From Octopus sinensis (taxonomy: Eukaryota), in NCBI RefSeq assembly GCF_006345805.1, contig NC_043011.1:39754464-39818463 (forward strand): a stretch of DNA of 64,000 nucleotides. Direction: 5' to 3'. A model generated the notes under the pieces. It made no database searches and had not been told where the DNA came from. It saw only the letters and a list, made by a program, of their open reading frames with translations. The position numbers were made by a program, and so were the translations under genes. Shown one piece after another: positions 12,996 to 26,886 of this stretch; within the stretch, counting starts at the first letter, position 1, and each line of letters begins with the position of its first letter.

Positions 12996-14330
12996 ATGGT
13001 GATGATGATGATGATGAGTGGCAGAAACACATGTTGGTCATTTTAACAAACTAGGAGCCTCATAGTCGTACAAGCGGTGTTGTCCATTTCCAGTCATCCA
13101 CAACAAACATGTCTAATCGTGGGGAAATATTTCCTAGCTTGGAAATAGGTAAGGGCTGGCGACAAGCAGGGGCATCCAATGAGAGAAAAATCTACCTCAA
13201 CAAATTCCATCTGACCCATGCGAGCATGGAAAAGTGGACATTAAATGGTGATGAGGATGACATTAACCATAACCATGATGATGACGACGATGAAATGTTC
13301 CAGCTACATTAAACTCACCAGTCTAGTAGGGGTTGCAAATACCATGGGCACTGTCCCTTCTCAAATGACTGACTTTTGGGCTACCAAGACTATTCATAAG
13401 TGTAACAACAATGAAATTAAAACCTTGGTGCAGACCTAAAACAACCAGCTAGCTTTTTCAGACAACTAGCCAGCAGTTTGGGTGCTTTTTAGCAGATAAA
13501 TTTCACTCTGCTGTAAATATTTAGGCCAGAACTTTGGATCCAAGCCATGGTTATTTTTTTTTTACTGCCAGATGTTCAGGCTGGTCATTGATCACACCAC
13601 TCACACCTACCAGAGAGGCCTAACAAAGGTTAATCATCACCTGCGCATCTCTCCTCACCCTAACATATCTTTTCTCTTTCACCTGTTTCAGTTACTGGAC
13701 TGTGGCCATGCTGGAACACCACCTTCAAGGGTTTTTTTTTTCTTTTTTTTTTTAGTCAAACGAATCTAGCCACGATTTATTTTTTAAGCACCCGCTACTT
13801 ATTCTATCATTCTCTTTTTGTTGAATTGCTAAGTTATGAGGGACATAAACAGATCAACACTGGATGCTAACTGGTGGGGTGGGGGGTGTACAAACACACA
13901 CACACACACACATATATATGTGGATAAAGTCACCCTTTGGTCATGAATGACCATGGGGTTGTACCTAGAAAGTTACCTTCAGAGGCACAAGTCCAGGTAA
14001 GGTTGATTATGGAAAACCAACAGTCACCCACGCATACCAGCCTCCCTTCTCCATGCGACTGATGTTATCCAAGGGAAAGGCAAAGGCTGATACAGCTTGG
14101 CACCAGTAATGGCACAGCTCATTTCTACAGCTGAGTGGACAGGAGTAATGTGAAATAAAGTGTCTTGCTCAAGAACACAACACACAACCCAGTCTGGGAA
14201 TTGATGTTACTATCTCATGAATGTCAAAGTTGACTTCAGATAAGACTGAATAGAGTCTGCATGTAGATAATTTTTCCGTTATTGTCGTGGGGTTGAATAA
14301 ACTTCGAAATTTAAAACCACCTTAATCCTA

Positions 14331-15349
14331 TTAATCCCCTTTGTTACCAACATGCCTGAGACTGCTGAATCTCAGGAGATATTTTACTTTTTTCCAGGAA
14401 AAATTTTTTTGGAAAAAGTTTTAGAGGTTTAAAGTTTGATCATTTTTACCCAGTCAGAAAACAAGATTTGGAAGCTGTCATTTTGTGCATGACTGCACAT
14501 GTTGTCAACTGTAAACAAATGAAATACAGGAAGAATTCTGCTTTACATATGCCTAACCTCTCATAACTTTTTTCATATTTTTTTGAATTTTTAGAAAATT
14601 TTTGCGAATTTTTATTCTACATATGGAGTTCATAGGATTATGCAAAAACTAAAAAAAAAAAATTGGTGCATGATTTAAGGCCTGTTTGGCTGTTATTTGT
14701 AGCACATCACACAACCACCTCATAGTTTGTTTTAAGCAATTTAGTTAGCAAAAAACGACCATGTGGCTTGACAGGACAGCAATAGAGGGGTAAGCAGTTT
14801 AGTTTGTAACTATGGAAACAGGCACCTATATGTCAGTGGCTTTCAATTGGCTAAAGTTACTCAAAATTTGCAAAATTTAAAAGCTATTAACTATTTATTT
14901 ATTGATTTATGGTGAAACTGAATTTCATGGCAATGATTACCATACAAAACTACACCAATAAACCAAATTTGAAATCAATTTGAACAAAAATGATCCCATT
15001 TTAATGAACGAACTTTAAAATGGCAAGTGAGTTGGTATTTCGCAGAAAATAAATGGAATCTCAAATGCAGAATAGCTGTGAAATCAGCTTAAAAGATCAG
15101 GTAAATACTCTTAGAAGATGGAAAAATGTGGTTAGCAAACTGTTACAAAGAATCGAAGTCTGTACCTCAGAAATTCCAGCTGAGTGCTCGGTACCATTAA
15201 ACTAACTGACGCTCAACCAGAATTTGAGAGGTATAGGGTCCAATTCTCTGTAGTGGCTTATTGGTTGCTCTTTTTTCATCTTCAAAGGGTATTTACCTAA
15301 TCTTCAAAGGTGGTGTCCTTCAGCAGGAATGTGGTAACAAAAGAGTTAA
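14331..15349. mobile_element. ~1 kb piggyBac-like non-autonomous element
   Basis: TTAA flanks; imperfect TIR c.cttttgttacca. No ORF. Confidence 0.65.
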
Positions 15350-17349
15350 TCCTTTTGAGATCAACCCATCTGAGACTGCCCCTAGCTCTTTGATAGAAAC
15401 ATTCTGTTTAAAGTGATGGCTCCTGGCTCTTTCATTGTAACATTCCTTTTAAAGTTATGGCCCCTAGCTTTTTGATAGAAGCATTCTATTTAAAGTGATG
15501 GCCCCCAGCTTGCCAATAGAAACATTCTGTTTAAAGTGATGGCCCCTAGCTCTTTGAGAGAAACATTCGGTTTAAAGTGATCTGGAATAAAACCCCTCAT
15601 GCTAATTCTTATTGCAAACACCAATTTAATAATTCTTTCTATTAAAGGCACAAAGCCTGAAAATCTGGAAGAAGGGACTAGTTGATTACATCAACCCAGT
15701 GTTTCACTGGCACTTGATTTATCAACCCCCAAAAGGATGAAAGGCAAAGTCAACCTTGACAGAATTTGAACTCAGAATGAAAAGATGGACAAAATATTGC
15801 TAAGCACTTTTGCTTGATGTGCTAACGATTCTGCCAGCTCGCTGCCTTAAACACCAATTTGATAATGACAACATTGTTTTTGAAACTAACTGAATCAAAG
15901 GCAGTATATTTCAACAAAAATATGGCAGTGAAATGGTTAAACATAACAATTTATCCGTCCTCTTTTTAACCCCCACAGCCATCCCACCAAAAGAAAGCCT
16001 TGATATCCACTGTGAGAAACACTGGGCTAAACAATAACAGCTACTACAGGTGTCTTTTTTCCTCTGTGCTACATATCATATACAAAACAGTTTTCAATGG
16101 TAGTTACTCATTTATTCCACAAATAGAAGTCACCTCATCTTAAAACACTAAATTTTTCCATTCACTGTATGGACTGATTAATAATGGAAATATTTTCTGT
16201 GTGCATGTCTGAGTGTTTGTGTATGTGTGATTCTCTGCCTGACTGTGTGTGGGCATGTGTGTGTGTGTGTGTGTTTGTGGATGTGTGTGCGTGCGCCATA
16301 TGGTTTGCCTTACACAATAAGAATTACCTCTCATAAATATGTAAATATTGATATTATTTTTGAAGTTTGAACTATTACATGTTCGTCTCCATTTGCAAGC
16401 TCTATCGTAAAACAAACAAATAATCTTTATTTATTTATTGTTGTTTTAGTTTTCCACTTTGGCACACTTGTTACCGTGCCAGAAAAAAAAGTAGTATTTG
16501 TTCTAGCTCTTTACATTCTGAGTTCAAACCCCACTAAAATCAACTTTGCCTTTCTTTCTATCAGACTTAGTAAACTAAAGTACCATCTCAGCCGGTAGAA
16601 TTGTTGGTGAAACATAAGAGTTTCTCAGTAGGATTTCTTTCAAATCTATACTTTCAGAATTCAAATCCCACTCAGGTCAACTGTACCTTTCATCCTTTCG
16701 GGGTCAATCAAATAAGTACCAGTAATGCACTGGGATCAATGTAATCGACTTAGTCCTCCCCACAAATTTCGGGTCTTGTGCCTAAGAGAAGAAAGGATTC
16801 TTATTATTATTATTTACCCCACTTTTGACTAGGCTCCCATGGCTTTTATGGGTTTTTCCACAAGTAACCTTTCGAAGCGCCTCCCCCTATTGGAAGTTTT
16901 AATTGTTACTTATATTTCATTGTTATCCTGCTTTTGTACACAGACTTTTTCAAACGGACAAAACCCTTTGTAACTTTCATCCTGCGTTTTGTCCCCTTAT
17001 GTTTTAATTGATTTTTGTAAGCCCTTGTGGCCAATAAATGAACAAATTATTATTATTATTATTAAGGCAGTGAGCTGGCAGAATCATTAACATACAGGGA
17101 AAAATGCTTAGTGGCATTCTGTCTGTCTTCATGTTCTGTGCTCAAATTCCACTGAGGTCGACTTTGCCTTTCATCCTACCAGGGTCGATAAAATAAGTAT
17201 TAGTTGAACACTGGGGTGAATGTAATCAGTTTACTCCCACCCTCTGAAATTGCTGGCTTTTAGCCAAAATTTGAAATCATTGTTACCATTAATCAAGGAT
17301 GAAAGGCAAAGTTGACCTCAGAGAAATTTCTGAGGTCAAATTCTGCTAA

Positions 17350-18084
17350 ATCACAATAAATCATGAGTATTCCTTGTGATCATAAGATCTTGGAAAAAGA
17401 ATTGACAAGTTCAGAAAATATAACGATTTGCTGGTTGAAATCATAAAGGTATGGCATCTCAAGGTGGTTACAACACCAGTGATTATAGGAGCACTTGGAA
17501 TGATAGAAAAGAAACTGAAAGAGAATGATGCCTGGTTTACCATTTCTGTAAGAAATGCAAGAGAATGTTTTAACTGGTATGTCACATGTATTGAGAAGAG
17601 AATTGTTGTTGCAAGAACGATTACCATGTAAATGTTCTTTTTCTTTGTTGTTTTTTTTTCTCTACAAAACATCATTTGAGTTTGTAAATGAACAATCCAG
17701 TGTATTGATTTTAATGGCCTATCAATATAAACAGTGAGTTTTTTGCCCTAGGTGTCGGGAAGACACTAGGCTCATAGACTTGGATAAATGGTAATAGTAA
17801 TAAGAAGAATCCTTTCTACTAATGACCCCAGTGTTCAGTTAATACTTATTTTATAATAATCTCAAATTTTCAAACAAACTCATAATTTTCTTATGTTTTC
17901 TTACACATTCTCTAGAACAATATACTATGTGCAAAACCAAATATATGACACCCTAGGCATAACACCAACATGAACTTCTAATTTGTCTCAAGGTCTCTGG
18001 GTGAGACTTGGACTCATCAACTTGTACAAATACAAAGCAAAAGTCAAACATATAATACTAACAACAACAATAATAATAATAATA
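17350..18084 (+). mobile_element. Decayed R4/Dong-like non-LTR 3' region
   Basis: KYNDLLVEIIKVWHLKVVTTPVIIGALG motif; ends in (CAA)(TAA)n. Confidence 0.65.
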
Positions 18085-18227
18085 TAAGGTTGTTCCAAAA
18101 GTTCGTAGAAAGTCTTGGAAAATAATGGTCTTTATTTTGAGGAATAATTTTTGTTGTTTTTGTTAGTACTTGGCGAGTAAAAATTCAATTTTCGCAAGTG
18201 TTTACGAACTTTTGGGACAACCTAATA
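18085..18227. mobile_element. Mariner-type MITE (~140 bp)
   Basis: TIRs aggttgttccaaaagttcgta and tacgaacttttgggacaacct, with TA flanks. Confidence 0.8.
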
Positions 18228-18263
18228 GTAATAATAAGGCTTTTTTTGCATGTAAAAGGATAT

Positions 18264-18399
18264 CAAAGCTGTTATGCAGCCAATAGCTGCACCGATCACA
18301 AAAGCACCCAAAAAGACTCCAACGAAATTGCCCAGGGAACCAAAGAAAGCATTTGCTTGGTTTTCTCCTCCCGCTGCATGGGCATATTGTTCAACAGCT
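18264..18399 (-). CDS. SLC9A6/7/9: NHE exon: AVEQYAHAAGGENQANAFFGSLGNFVGVFLGAFVIGAAIGCITAL
   Basis: ctacag|A GCT GTT...GCT TTG|atatcctt. 136 nt. Followed by a U12 AT donor. Confidence 0.93.
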
Positions 18400-19372
18400 C
18401 TGTAGAGGGGAAAAAAAAGACAATTAAAATATTTAATTAATTTTAAGAGAAGTGGCATGATTAAGTAATTAACATGTTTGTTTCACAACCATGTGTTTGA
18501 TTCTGTTTGCTGTGTAGTACGTTGTGATATAGCCACAGGACATGACTAATAGCTTGCAGGTAAAATTTGATTATTAAAATCTGAGCAGAAGCTTGTTTAT
18601 AGTTGTGTGTGTGTGTGTGTGTGTCTCGGTGAGATGTATATGTTGCAAGAAAACTGACAAACCAATACACTTACAATACAAAAAAAAAAAACCATATTGT
18701 GGTATTTATTCTGCCCGAATTGCACATATAGTCCCTTCTCACTTTTACCATTAAAGGCACTAAGCTAGTTATTGGCTGATTGGAAATTTATAACCAAAAT
18801 GATGCTATTGTTCAGTAAATGCAGGTAGGATATAGAATGAAATTGACAAAAGAAAGAAAAAAAGTACAAAGAAAACGACATAAGAATGGAGGAGGAGGGG
18901 AATGACAAAGAAAAATAAATTATCATATAATGAACATTGTTGTATCTTTAATGTTAGGAATCTATTATGATAAGGAAATTAGCTTAAAGTAGTCATGGCG
19001 AGGGCTGATGGCAATAATGGTAACAGGAGAGAGAAAGGGTAAAAGAGAAAGAAGGAAAGAGAATCTGTGATATTTCTTGTTTACTTGTTATAGTGGTCAT
19101 TAGTGGTGGCAGATTTGTCAAGCAAAATTTGAGAGAAACATTTATACACCTGCGATATATCAATACATCTATAATATCAAACTTGCATTCCAGATTGCAA
19201 CAGAACATTAACAATGTAAATATACTTTACTTGAGGCATACATTTTTACTACAAAAGAAAAACTGGTTAAACTTCAATAAACAAACTTAGTGATTGTGAG
19301 ATTTCTTATAGAATTGATTATATTTTTTATTGAACATTGTCAAATACCTTGAAATACCAGCTGACATTCAAA

Positions 19373-19734
19373 TTAACCCTTTCAACCTATCCTGACATAA
19401 CTTCCATCCTGAGCTCCCAGTGAAAATTTGCAAAAAATTCAGTTATGATTTATTCCTATTCATGTACCAGTTTTTTGTTGTTATTTATGATAAATAAACA
19501 AATAAAACACCTATTTCATGTTATTTATTTTATTTTCTCACTTCTACCTCCAAAACTGAACTTTAGCATGCCAGTCACGCCAGCAATTCTCGAAGATTCC
19601 TCCCAAAAGTTTGGCCGTGAATAGAAGCCTAATCTGTGATGTAAACTGGTCTTTTATTGGTTAAATAGTTAACGGCCAAGTGGATATATATACTATATGC
19701 TCAGGACAGAAAACTGGCAGGTTCAAAGGGTTAA
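19373..19734. mobile_element. piggyBac-like MITE
   Basis: TTAA-CCCTTTCAACCT...AGGTTCAAAGGG-TTAA. Confidence 0.78.
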
Positions 19735-20515
19735 AAGAATGCAAATTGCACAATGTTAAAATAACATTGTCATAGGTGCTGGCATGGATGTGTGGTAAGA
19801 AATTTGCTTTCCAACCACATAGCTCTATGTTCAGTCCCACTGCGTGGCACCTTGGGCAAGTGTCTTCTACTATAGCCTTGGGCTGACCAAAGCCTTGTGA
19901 GTGGATTTGGTAGACGGAAACTGAAAGAAGCCTGTGGTATATATGTGTGTGTGTGTGTCTTTGTGCTTGTGCTTGACTGCCATCACCACTTGACAACCGG
20001 TGTTGGTGTGTTTACATCTGCCATAACTCAGTCGGTAAAAGAGACCAATGGAATAAATACTGGGCTTAAAAAAAAATAAGTCCTGGGGTTGACTTCTTCG
20101 ACTAAAACCCTTCAAGGTGGTGCTCCAGCATGGGCGCAGTCAAGTGACAGAAACAAGTCAAAGAATAAAGGAATAGATGCATCCAGAAATGTTATAACAA
20201 TTTCATAATGCAGATGAATGATTATGTTTCCCCTGGATGAGGCAGTCGTCGTCGTTGTGGTAGAAAAATGGAGTTGAGAGGAAAGAATTTCTTTCTCTTT
20301 CCTTTTATACTGAAAATAAAATTTATGTTTATAAAAATTGTCACGGTGCAGATTTTGCTGTCTGGTTAAAAAATCTTGCTTTGCAACTATGGGGTTTGAG
20401 TTCAGTACCACTGCATAGCACCTTAGGCAAGTTTCTTCTACCACAGCCTCAGGTCGACCAATGCTTTGTGCATGAATTTGGTAAGTAATAAATGGAAACT
20501 TTGTATAAACCTGTC

Positions 20516-20553
<38 letters not shown>

Positions 20554-20714
20554 CAAATTTCCAAAAAACAAAAGATGAAGACAGATGAGGGAACAACAAG
20601 CTGGTATGTATGTATGTGTGTGTGTGTGTGTGTATATATGAATTCATAAATGTATGTATGTACCTTGGCAACACAATCACAGCTGATAGATTATTGGACA
20701 GCAAAATTTCATCC

Positions 20715-21620
20715 AGAAAGCCAGCCAAGTACTTGGCAGACTGAAAGTAAAAGTCCATCAATGGAAAGGCATCAGACTGTCGACAAAGCTCAAGATCTAT
20801 AAGGCTGTAGTACCTCTACACTACTCTATGGATATGAAATATGGGCCCCATACTGCCAGCACATGAAACAGGTGGAACAGTTTTGCCCAAGAGCACTGCA
20901 CAGGATCATGGCATTCACTGGCACGACAGAGTAACAAACCAAGAAGTGCTGGAGAGAGCTAGTTCAACAATCATTGAGTCAATGTTGCTGAAGGCTTAGT
21001 TTAAACCAGCCATATCTGGCCAAAATATTTAACCTATTTTATATTGAAACCGACCAGATCTCACCTCAGCCCTACAATGTCATTCTAAAACTAAAAAATC
21101 ACATCACTGAAATCTCTAAACTACAAGATGATGCATGATTAATTCAAGCCATCTTAAATAAACAAACATCACATTTGACTGAATAATCTGAACACTAAAG
21201 GGTTATACCGGACTGGCCATGTCATCAGAATGACCGACAACCATGTACCTGTTGTGCAGCAATCCCATGCAGGGCTCAAGCAAACAAGGAAGGTCTAAAC
21301 TGAGGTACATGGACACTCTGAAAATTAACCTCAAATAGAGTGGCATTAGTCCATGCAAACTTGAAGCCTCTGCCACAGGCAGATCAATGTGGAGATCTCT
21401 CCTCTCATGAGCAGCAGCTGCCTCTGAAGAGGACTGGTGACAGCACCTCAAAGTTACAAGATAAAGATGTTACAGGGCAGCGTCCACCTCAATCCAGTCA
21501 ACAGACTATCTTTGTGACATCTGTGAGCAACTGTGTGCTTCCAGCTTTGAACTGTGGAGTCACATGCGCTCTTGTTACTGAGAACACAAACTTTGTCATC
21601 ATTGGACACCAATGGACTAC
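20715..21620 (+). mobile_element. Decayed RTE LINE 3' part, interrupted by a MITE at ~21000-21206
   Basis: Hand translation gives IRLSTKLKIYKAVV..TLLYG.E.W...VTNQEVLERA, resuming after the MITE with WTGHVIRM. Confidence 0.8.
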
Positions 21621-21626
21621 CAGCAT

Positions 21627-21675
<49 letters not shown>

Positions 21676-22804
21676 ATGCGTATGACAGCTTGGTATCCAG
21701 TAACCTACAGCGACACAAAAAGAACTACTGAAATCAGTACCAAACTAACAAAACTAGGTACTGGGAGTGACTTGTTCAACTAAAACCATTCAATGCAGTG
21801 CCCCAGCATGGCCACAATCCAATAACTGAATGTGTTGTAGCTGAGCATTCTCTTTGTGAATTTCAACATCTAAAGATTTAAAAGGGCTGTTTACATATTG
21901 TAACAGATGCTTGTTAATTACAATTGGTAATAGTGGTGACATTTGTTTCTTTGTTGTTGTTGGAGGGGTGGTGCTGCTGGTGGAACTGGTTACTAGTGGT
22001 GGCAGCAGATGTTTGGTTATTGCAGATGGTTCTGATAGTGGTGGAAGAAGTGGTGGTGACATTGTTTTTTGCTTTCAATGTATGTGTGTTACATGAATAT
22101 TTGTTTTATGTTCGGTTATAATAAAAAGGATTTTACTTTAATCTGACGGGTTACTCTATGCTTTTGTACAGTATAAATTTTATTATTCTTAGACAAGAAT
22201 ATCATTTACAGTGACTTCAAAGTATTAGTCAATTAAGCCATTGTCACACTGTATACACACGCACACACGTTTTTGTGTTTTACTACTCGTTATAATAATT
22301 TTATAGCGAAGATGATTAGGCGCAGGAGTGGCTGTGTGGTATGTAGCTTGCTTACCAACCACATGGTTCCAGGTTCAGTCCCATTGCGTGGCACCATGGG
22401 CAAGAGTCTTCTACTAAAGCCTTGGGCCCACCAAAGCCTTGTGAATTTAAATTTTGACATTATTTACCTGTATTTCTCTATTTCTGTCTTGAATTTTGTT
22501 GAAAAGTGTCGTTTAAGGTGTATTAGTTACATACTTCTCGAAAAATACTGAAAATTTTAAAGTGTATTATCGTTTCTAGATGGAGGTGGAGTTAATAGAG
22601 AAAGAGAAAGCGGAGAGAAACAGAAAGAGAGAGGGAGAGAGAGTACACAGAGCAAATAGGAAAGGGAGGAGAAATATATCCAGAAGAAAATAAGTGGGAT
22701 AAGTGGAGAGAGAAGGGTGGAGAGATAGAGGGGAGAGAGAAAAATAGGAGGAAAATGTACTTTGGTACAGAAGACTATGTACTGAAGTGACATCTCTCTT
22801 TCTT

Positions 22805-22835
<31 letters not shown>

Positions 22836-25069
22836 TTCTATGTGTGTGTCCTGTTCAGGTATAGGCAATCTGAAGATTCATGATTTTCTTGAGAAAAATA
22901 CAGCAGTGATTTCGCATTGCCTTTTGATAGCTTATATACTCTACTCAGCTTACCCTTTAGTCACAGGGCCCTTGTATGCCTTAAACTGATTTATATGACA
23001 TCAGGGCATATTCACACATTGGCAAACCTGTGTGATACATGTCTAAAAGCCAGCCCCCTCAGATATTTGGCCCATACCTGGGATACATGACAGGGACTAC
23101 CATACTAGGCCAGAAAATACCTGGAAGCAGCAATGACTAAGGGCTAACTCCATGCTCCCCAAAATTCATATATTCCTGAGCTGGAACCTTTCTATCAGAG
23201 GCAGTTTAACCCTTTAGCATTTAAACTGGCCATATTAGGCCAATATATTCTGTCAGTTTTATGTTCAAACTGGCCAGAGATGACCTTTCATGCTTAAACT
23301 ACAATGTCATTCTCAAAATAACCAATTATATCTTTTAAATCTCAGAGCTACAAGATAATGCATAATTTATTCAAAACAAAGTGAAGAAAAAGGCATTACA
23401 TAAGACAGAATAATCTGAATTTTAAAGGGTCAAGGTCTTGTCCAGGACAAAAATCTAACTTCACACTCTCTTTTCCTGAAGTAGTATACAAGTTCTGGTA
23501 TCCCTCTGAGCTGGTGGGACTATGAAATGCGTTCAGTGGTCAATCTCCCGTTTAGACAATAAGTTGGTGATTCACCACCAGAAACATTTTACCAGTGAGG
23601 TGCAAGACCCAAACAGAACTTAACAAACCAAAAAATCCACTGTTTGCAGATTGCCCCAGGAAGGTAATCAATTGTGTAGCGAGTGCAAGATACACTTGAA
23701 GTGAATTAGCTAGAGAAACCATCTAGTAAATAGGTGAATTAGAAATACTAGCCTAAGCTATATTTAAACAAGCAAAATGAATGTTAAATCTAGACAATTG
23801 TTGATTTAATTGGCAATTAAATTGCCAGACTTTCATTTCTATGCATTGTGTGTGGGGGTGGTGCTTATGCATGATCTATGTTTGTGTGGCTGTATGCATT
23901 ATATATGTCTATATGTGTGTGTGTGTGTGGATATATTTATTCATTATGAATACTTTGGCATATGTCTATGCATTATCTATGTCTCTGTATAGGTTAATGC
24001 ATTGAGTGTGTGTGTGCGTGCATGTATTAATATATGACCTATATGTCTGTATGGTTTATATACTATATATGTGTTTACATAAAAGTATTGTGTTGGTGTT
24101 GTGAACGTTTATGCACCATCTGTCTTTGCGTGTGTCTGCATTTATGTATTGTGTGAAAGCATGAATATTTCTTTATGCATATCATCATCATCATCATCGT
24201 TTAATGTCCTCCTTCCATGCTGGCATGGGTTGGATGATTTGACAGGAGCTGGTCGGGCAAGAGCATACACCAGACTTCTGTGTCTGCTTTGGCATGGTTT
24301 TTATGGTTGGATGCCCTCCCTAATACCAACCACCCAGCAAAATGGATATGTGTGTTTGTGAATTGCAAATGGGTGTGACTGCTTGCATGCATGAATGCAT
24401 TTTATGTTTATGCATTGTTTATTCATGTGTGAATGCACAAGGGAAAGAGAATACTTATGTGTATTTCATTTTTTTTCATTTCATTTTCATCTAGTTTCAG
24501 CTCATGAGCTGTGGCCATGCTGGGGCACCGCCATGTATATGTTATTTTATTTTCATTTTCCAATTTAGTCTTGTTTTTCTTTTATATTTTGGGTCATGTT
24601 CACTAAATATCTTCACAGAGGTAAATCCTTCCTATTTTTAACCACCTTCAACTACTCGACTTTACTGAAGACACGGCACATGTATTTAGTTCAGTCTGAT
24701 AAATTGGATAAAAATAAAGTGACAGGTTTGAACATCATCATCATCATCATAATTTAATATCTATTGTCCATGCTGGCATGGGTTGGATGGTTTGATCAGG
24801 GCTGGTAAGCTGAGGGGCTGCACCAGACTCTTACGGGGCTTAGGAAAACTGAAGGATTGTTACTGTATGTGTGAATCTGAGAGGGGAATATGTTGGATAA
24901 AATCATAACTGACTGAACCTCCTGTATTTTCTTTTACCCAAGGCCAGGAACTTTTCAGTACTTGTTACTTTGTGCGAGTTACAGAAAGAGCAAAGCAGAA
25001 GAGTTATGAAAGAAAGAGTGAGAGAGAGAGGATTTAGGATAAATTATTTAATTATTTGTAACTCTGAAA

Positions 25070-26209
25070 CAGTGGTTCTCAGCCACTTTTGGCCTATGAG
25101 CCCCTTTAATTCCTACTTTACTCAAGTGGAGACCATGGTCATTCAATGTTTAATCCTTTAACTTTCAGATCACTTATCAAATGTAAAAGGGTAAAGGCTA
25201 AAGACTCCCTTCAGTCATGAATGACCACGTGATTGCACCTACAAAGTTACCCTCTGAGGCACGAGTCCGGGCAAGGTTGTTTACGGAAGACCAGCAGTCG
25301 CCCATGCATACCAGCCTTCCCTCTCCATGTCACTGATGTTATCCAAGGGAAAGGCAAAGGCTGATACAGCTTGGCACCAGTGACGTCACAACTCATTTCT
25401 ACACCTGAATGAACTGGAGCAACGTGAAATAAAGTGTCTTGCTCAAGATCACAACACACAGCCCAGTCCAGGAATCAAACTCACTACGTCATGATTGTGA
25501 GCCTGATGCTCTAACCACTAAGCCATAAAGGGTATTGAATGTCAATGAGATTGCACCTAGAAAATTCCTCACCGAGGTATAGTCCGGGCAAATTTGTGTT
25601 TATGGAAGACCAGCAGTTGCCCATGCCTACCAACTTCCCTTCTCCGTGCCACTCATGTTATCCAAGGGAAAGGCAAAGAGGCCGATACAGCTTGGCACCA
25701 GTGACGTTGCAACTCATTTCTACAAATGAGCAAACTGGAGCAATGTGAAATAAAGTGTCTTGCTTAAGAACACAACACACAGCCTGGTCCAGGAATCGAA
25801 CTCACTGCCTCATGATTGTGAGCTCAATGCTCTAACCACTGAACCATGCACCACAGTTATTTATTCACATTGTTTTTGATTAATCATGCATTATCTCATG
25901 GCTTTGAAATTTTGATGATGTGATTGCTTATTTTTAGAATAACATTGTAGGGTAAGTGTGAGTGGCTAGATCTGGCCAGTTTGAACATAAAACAGGTAGA
26001 ATATTTGGGCCAGGTACAGCCAGTTTAAATGCCAAAGGGTTGAAAAATCTGTTATAGTTTTATAAATATTATAAGGAATTATACAAGAAAATTACTAAAA
26101 TATTTTGTGTATAATAGCTGTATAACCAATTTATAGCAGATAAATTTTAACAAAAAGAAATCTTAAATGGACCCCCAAAGGTCATGTGAACTCTGGTTGA
26201 ACACCACTT
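25070..26209. mobile_element. hAT-type non-autonomous element containing a TTAA-MITE that contains two tandem SINEs
   Basis: Ends cagtggttctcagcc and ggttgaacaccact. Imperfect 8-bp flanks ctctgaaa/gtctaaaa. MITE halves at 25152-25190 and 25856-26043; SINEs at ~25190-25855. Confidence 0.7.
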
Positions 26210-26728
26210 GTCTAAAACTATCAAACATGCCATCAAACAAACATAATTAAAGCAAAAAGCAAATATGATTCAATGTGTGTGTGTGTGTACACATATGAGT
26301 GCATGATGGCCGTCTACTTGTGATCAAGGAAGACCATTGCTGACCAGGAACATTGTGCGTTCTAGGACTGACCTATATTTTGCATTTGTGGCTCTGTTGG
26401 TGGCTAATGAACCCTGCTCTTGACAAGCATACACGACTGCAAACATTGCAGACCAAGCTTTCCCCATTCACTACACCAGCAGTGCACTTTCGAGCAGCAA
26501 GCTTAAGTTCTTCATACACAATACGTGCTCTCTGAAAAGTGTCAACCCACTCCTTATGGTATATATACGTGTGTGTGTGTGGGTTAATATAAAAATAAAG
26601 CAGGTGGTAATGAAAGAATCAAATTAAACATGGAAAGGAAAAAAAAATCACTATGAAACTATGGAGTAGACAAACAGACAGTATAACGAGAGTCGCACAA
26701 AAGTGAGTGAGTGTGAAGTAATACATAC

Positions 26729-26834
26729 CGAGACAACACTATAGCCACTGCATCATTGAGCACACTTTCACCAAAGACAAGGGCATACAAATCAACATCA
26801 ACATTGAGATCATGGAAAATAGCCAGAATCGTAA
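26729..26834 (-). CDS. SLC9A6/7/9: NHE exon: (V)[34 protein letters not shown](R)
   Basis: tttcag|TT ACG...TCT CG|gtatgt. 106 nt. FGES-LND motif. Confidence 0.97.
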
Positions 26835-26853
26835 CTGAAATGAAATAACACAA

Positions 26854-26886
<33 letters not shown>

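Larger units (their letters stand above)
11312..18263 (-). other. U12-type AT-AC intron (6952 nt)
   Basis: Donor ATATCCTT at 18263. Branch motif TTCCTTAAC at 11329-11321. AC acceptor at 11313-11312. Confidence 0.93.
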
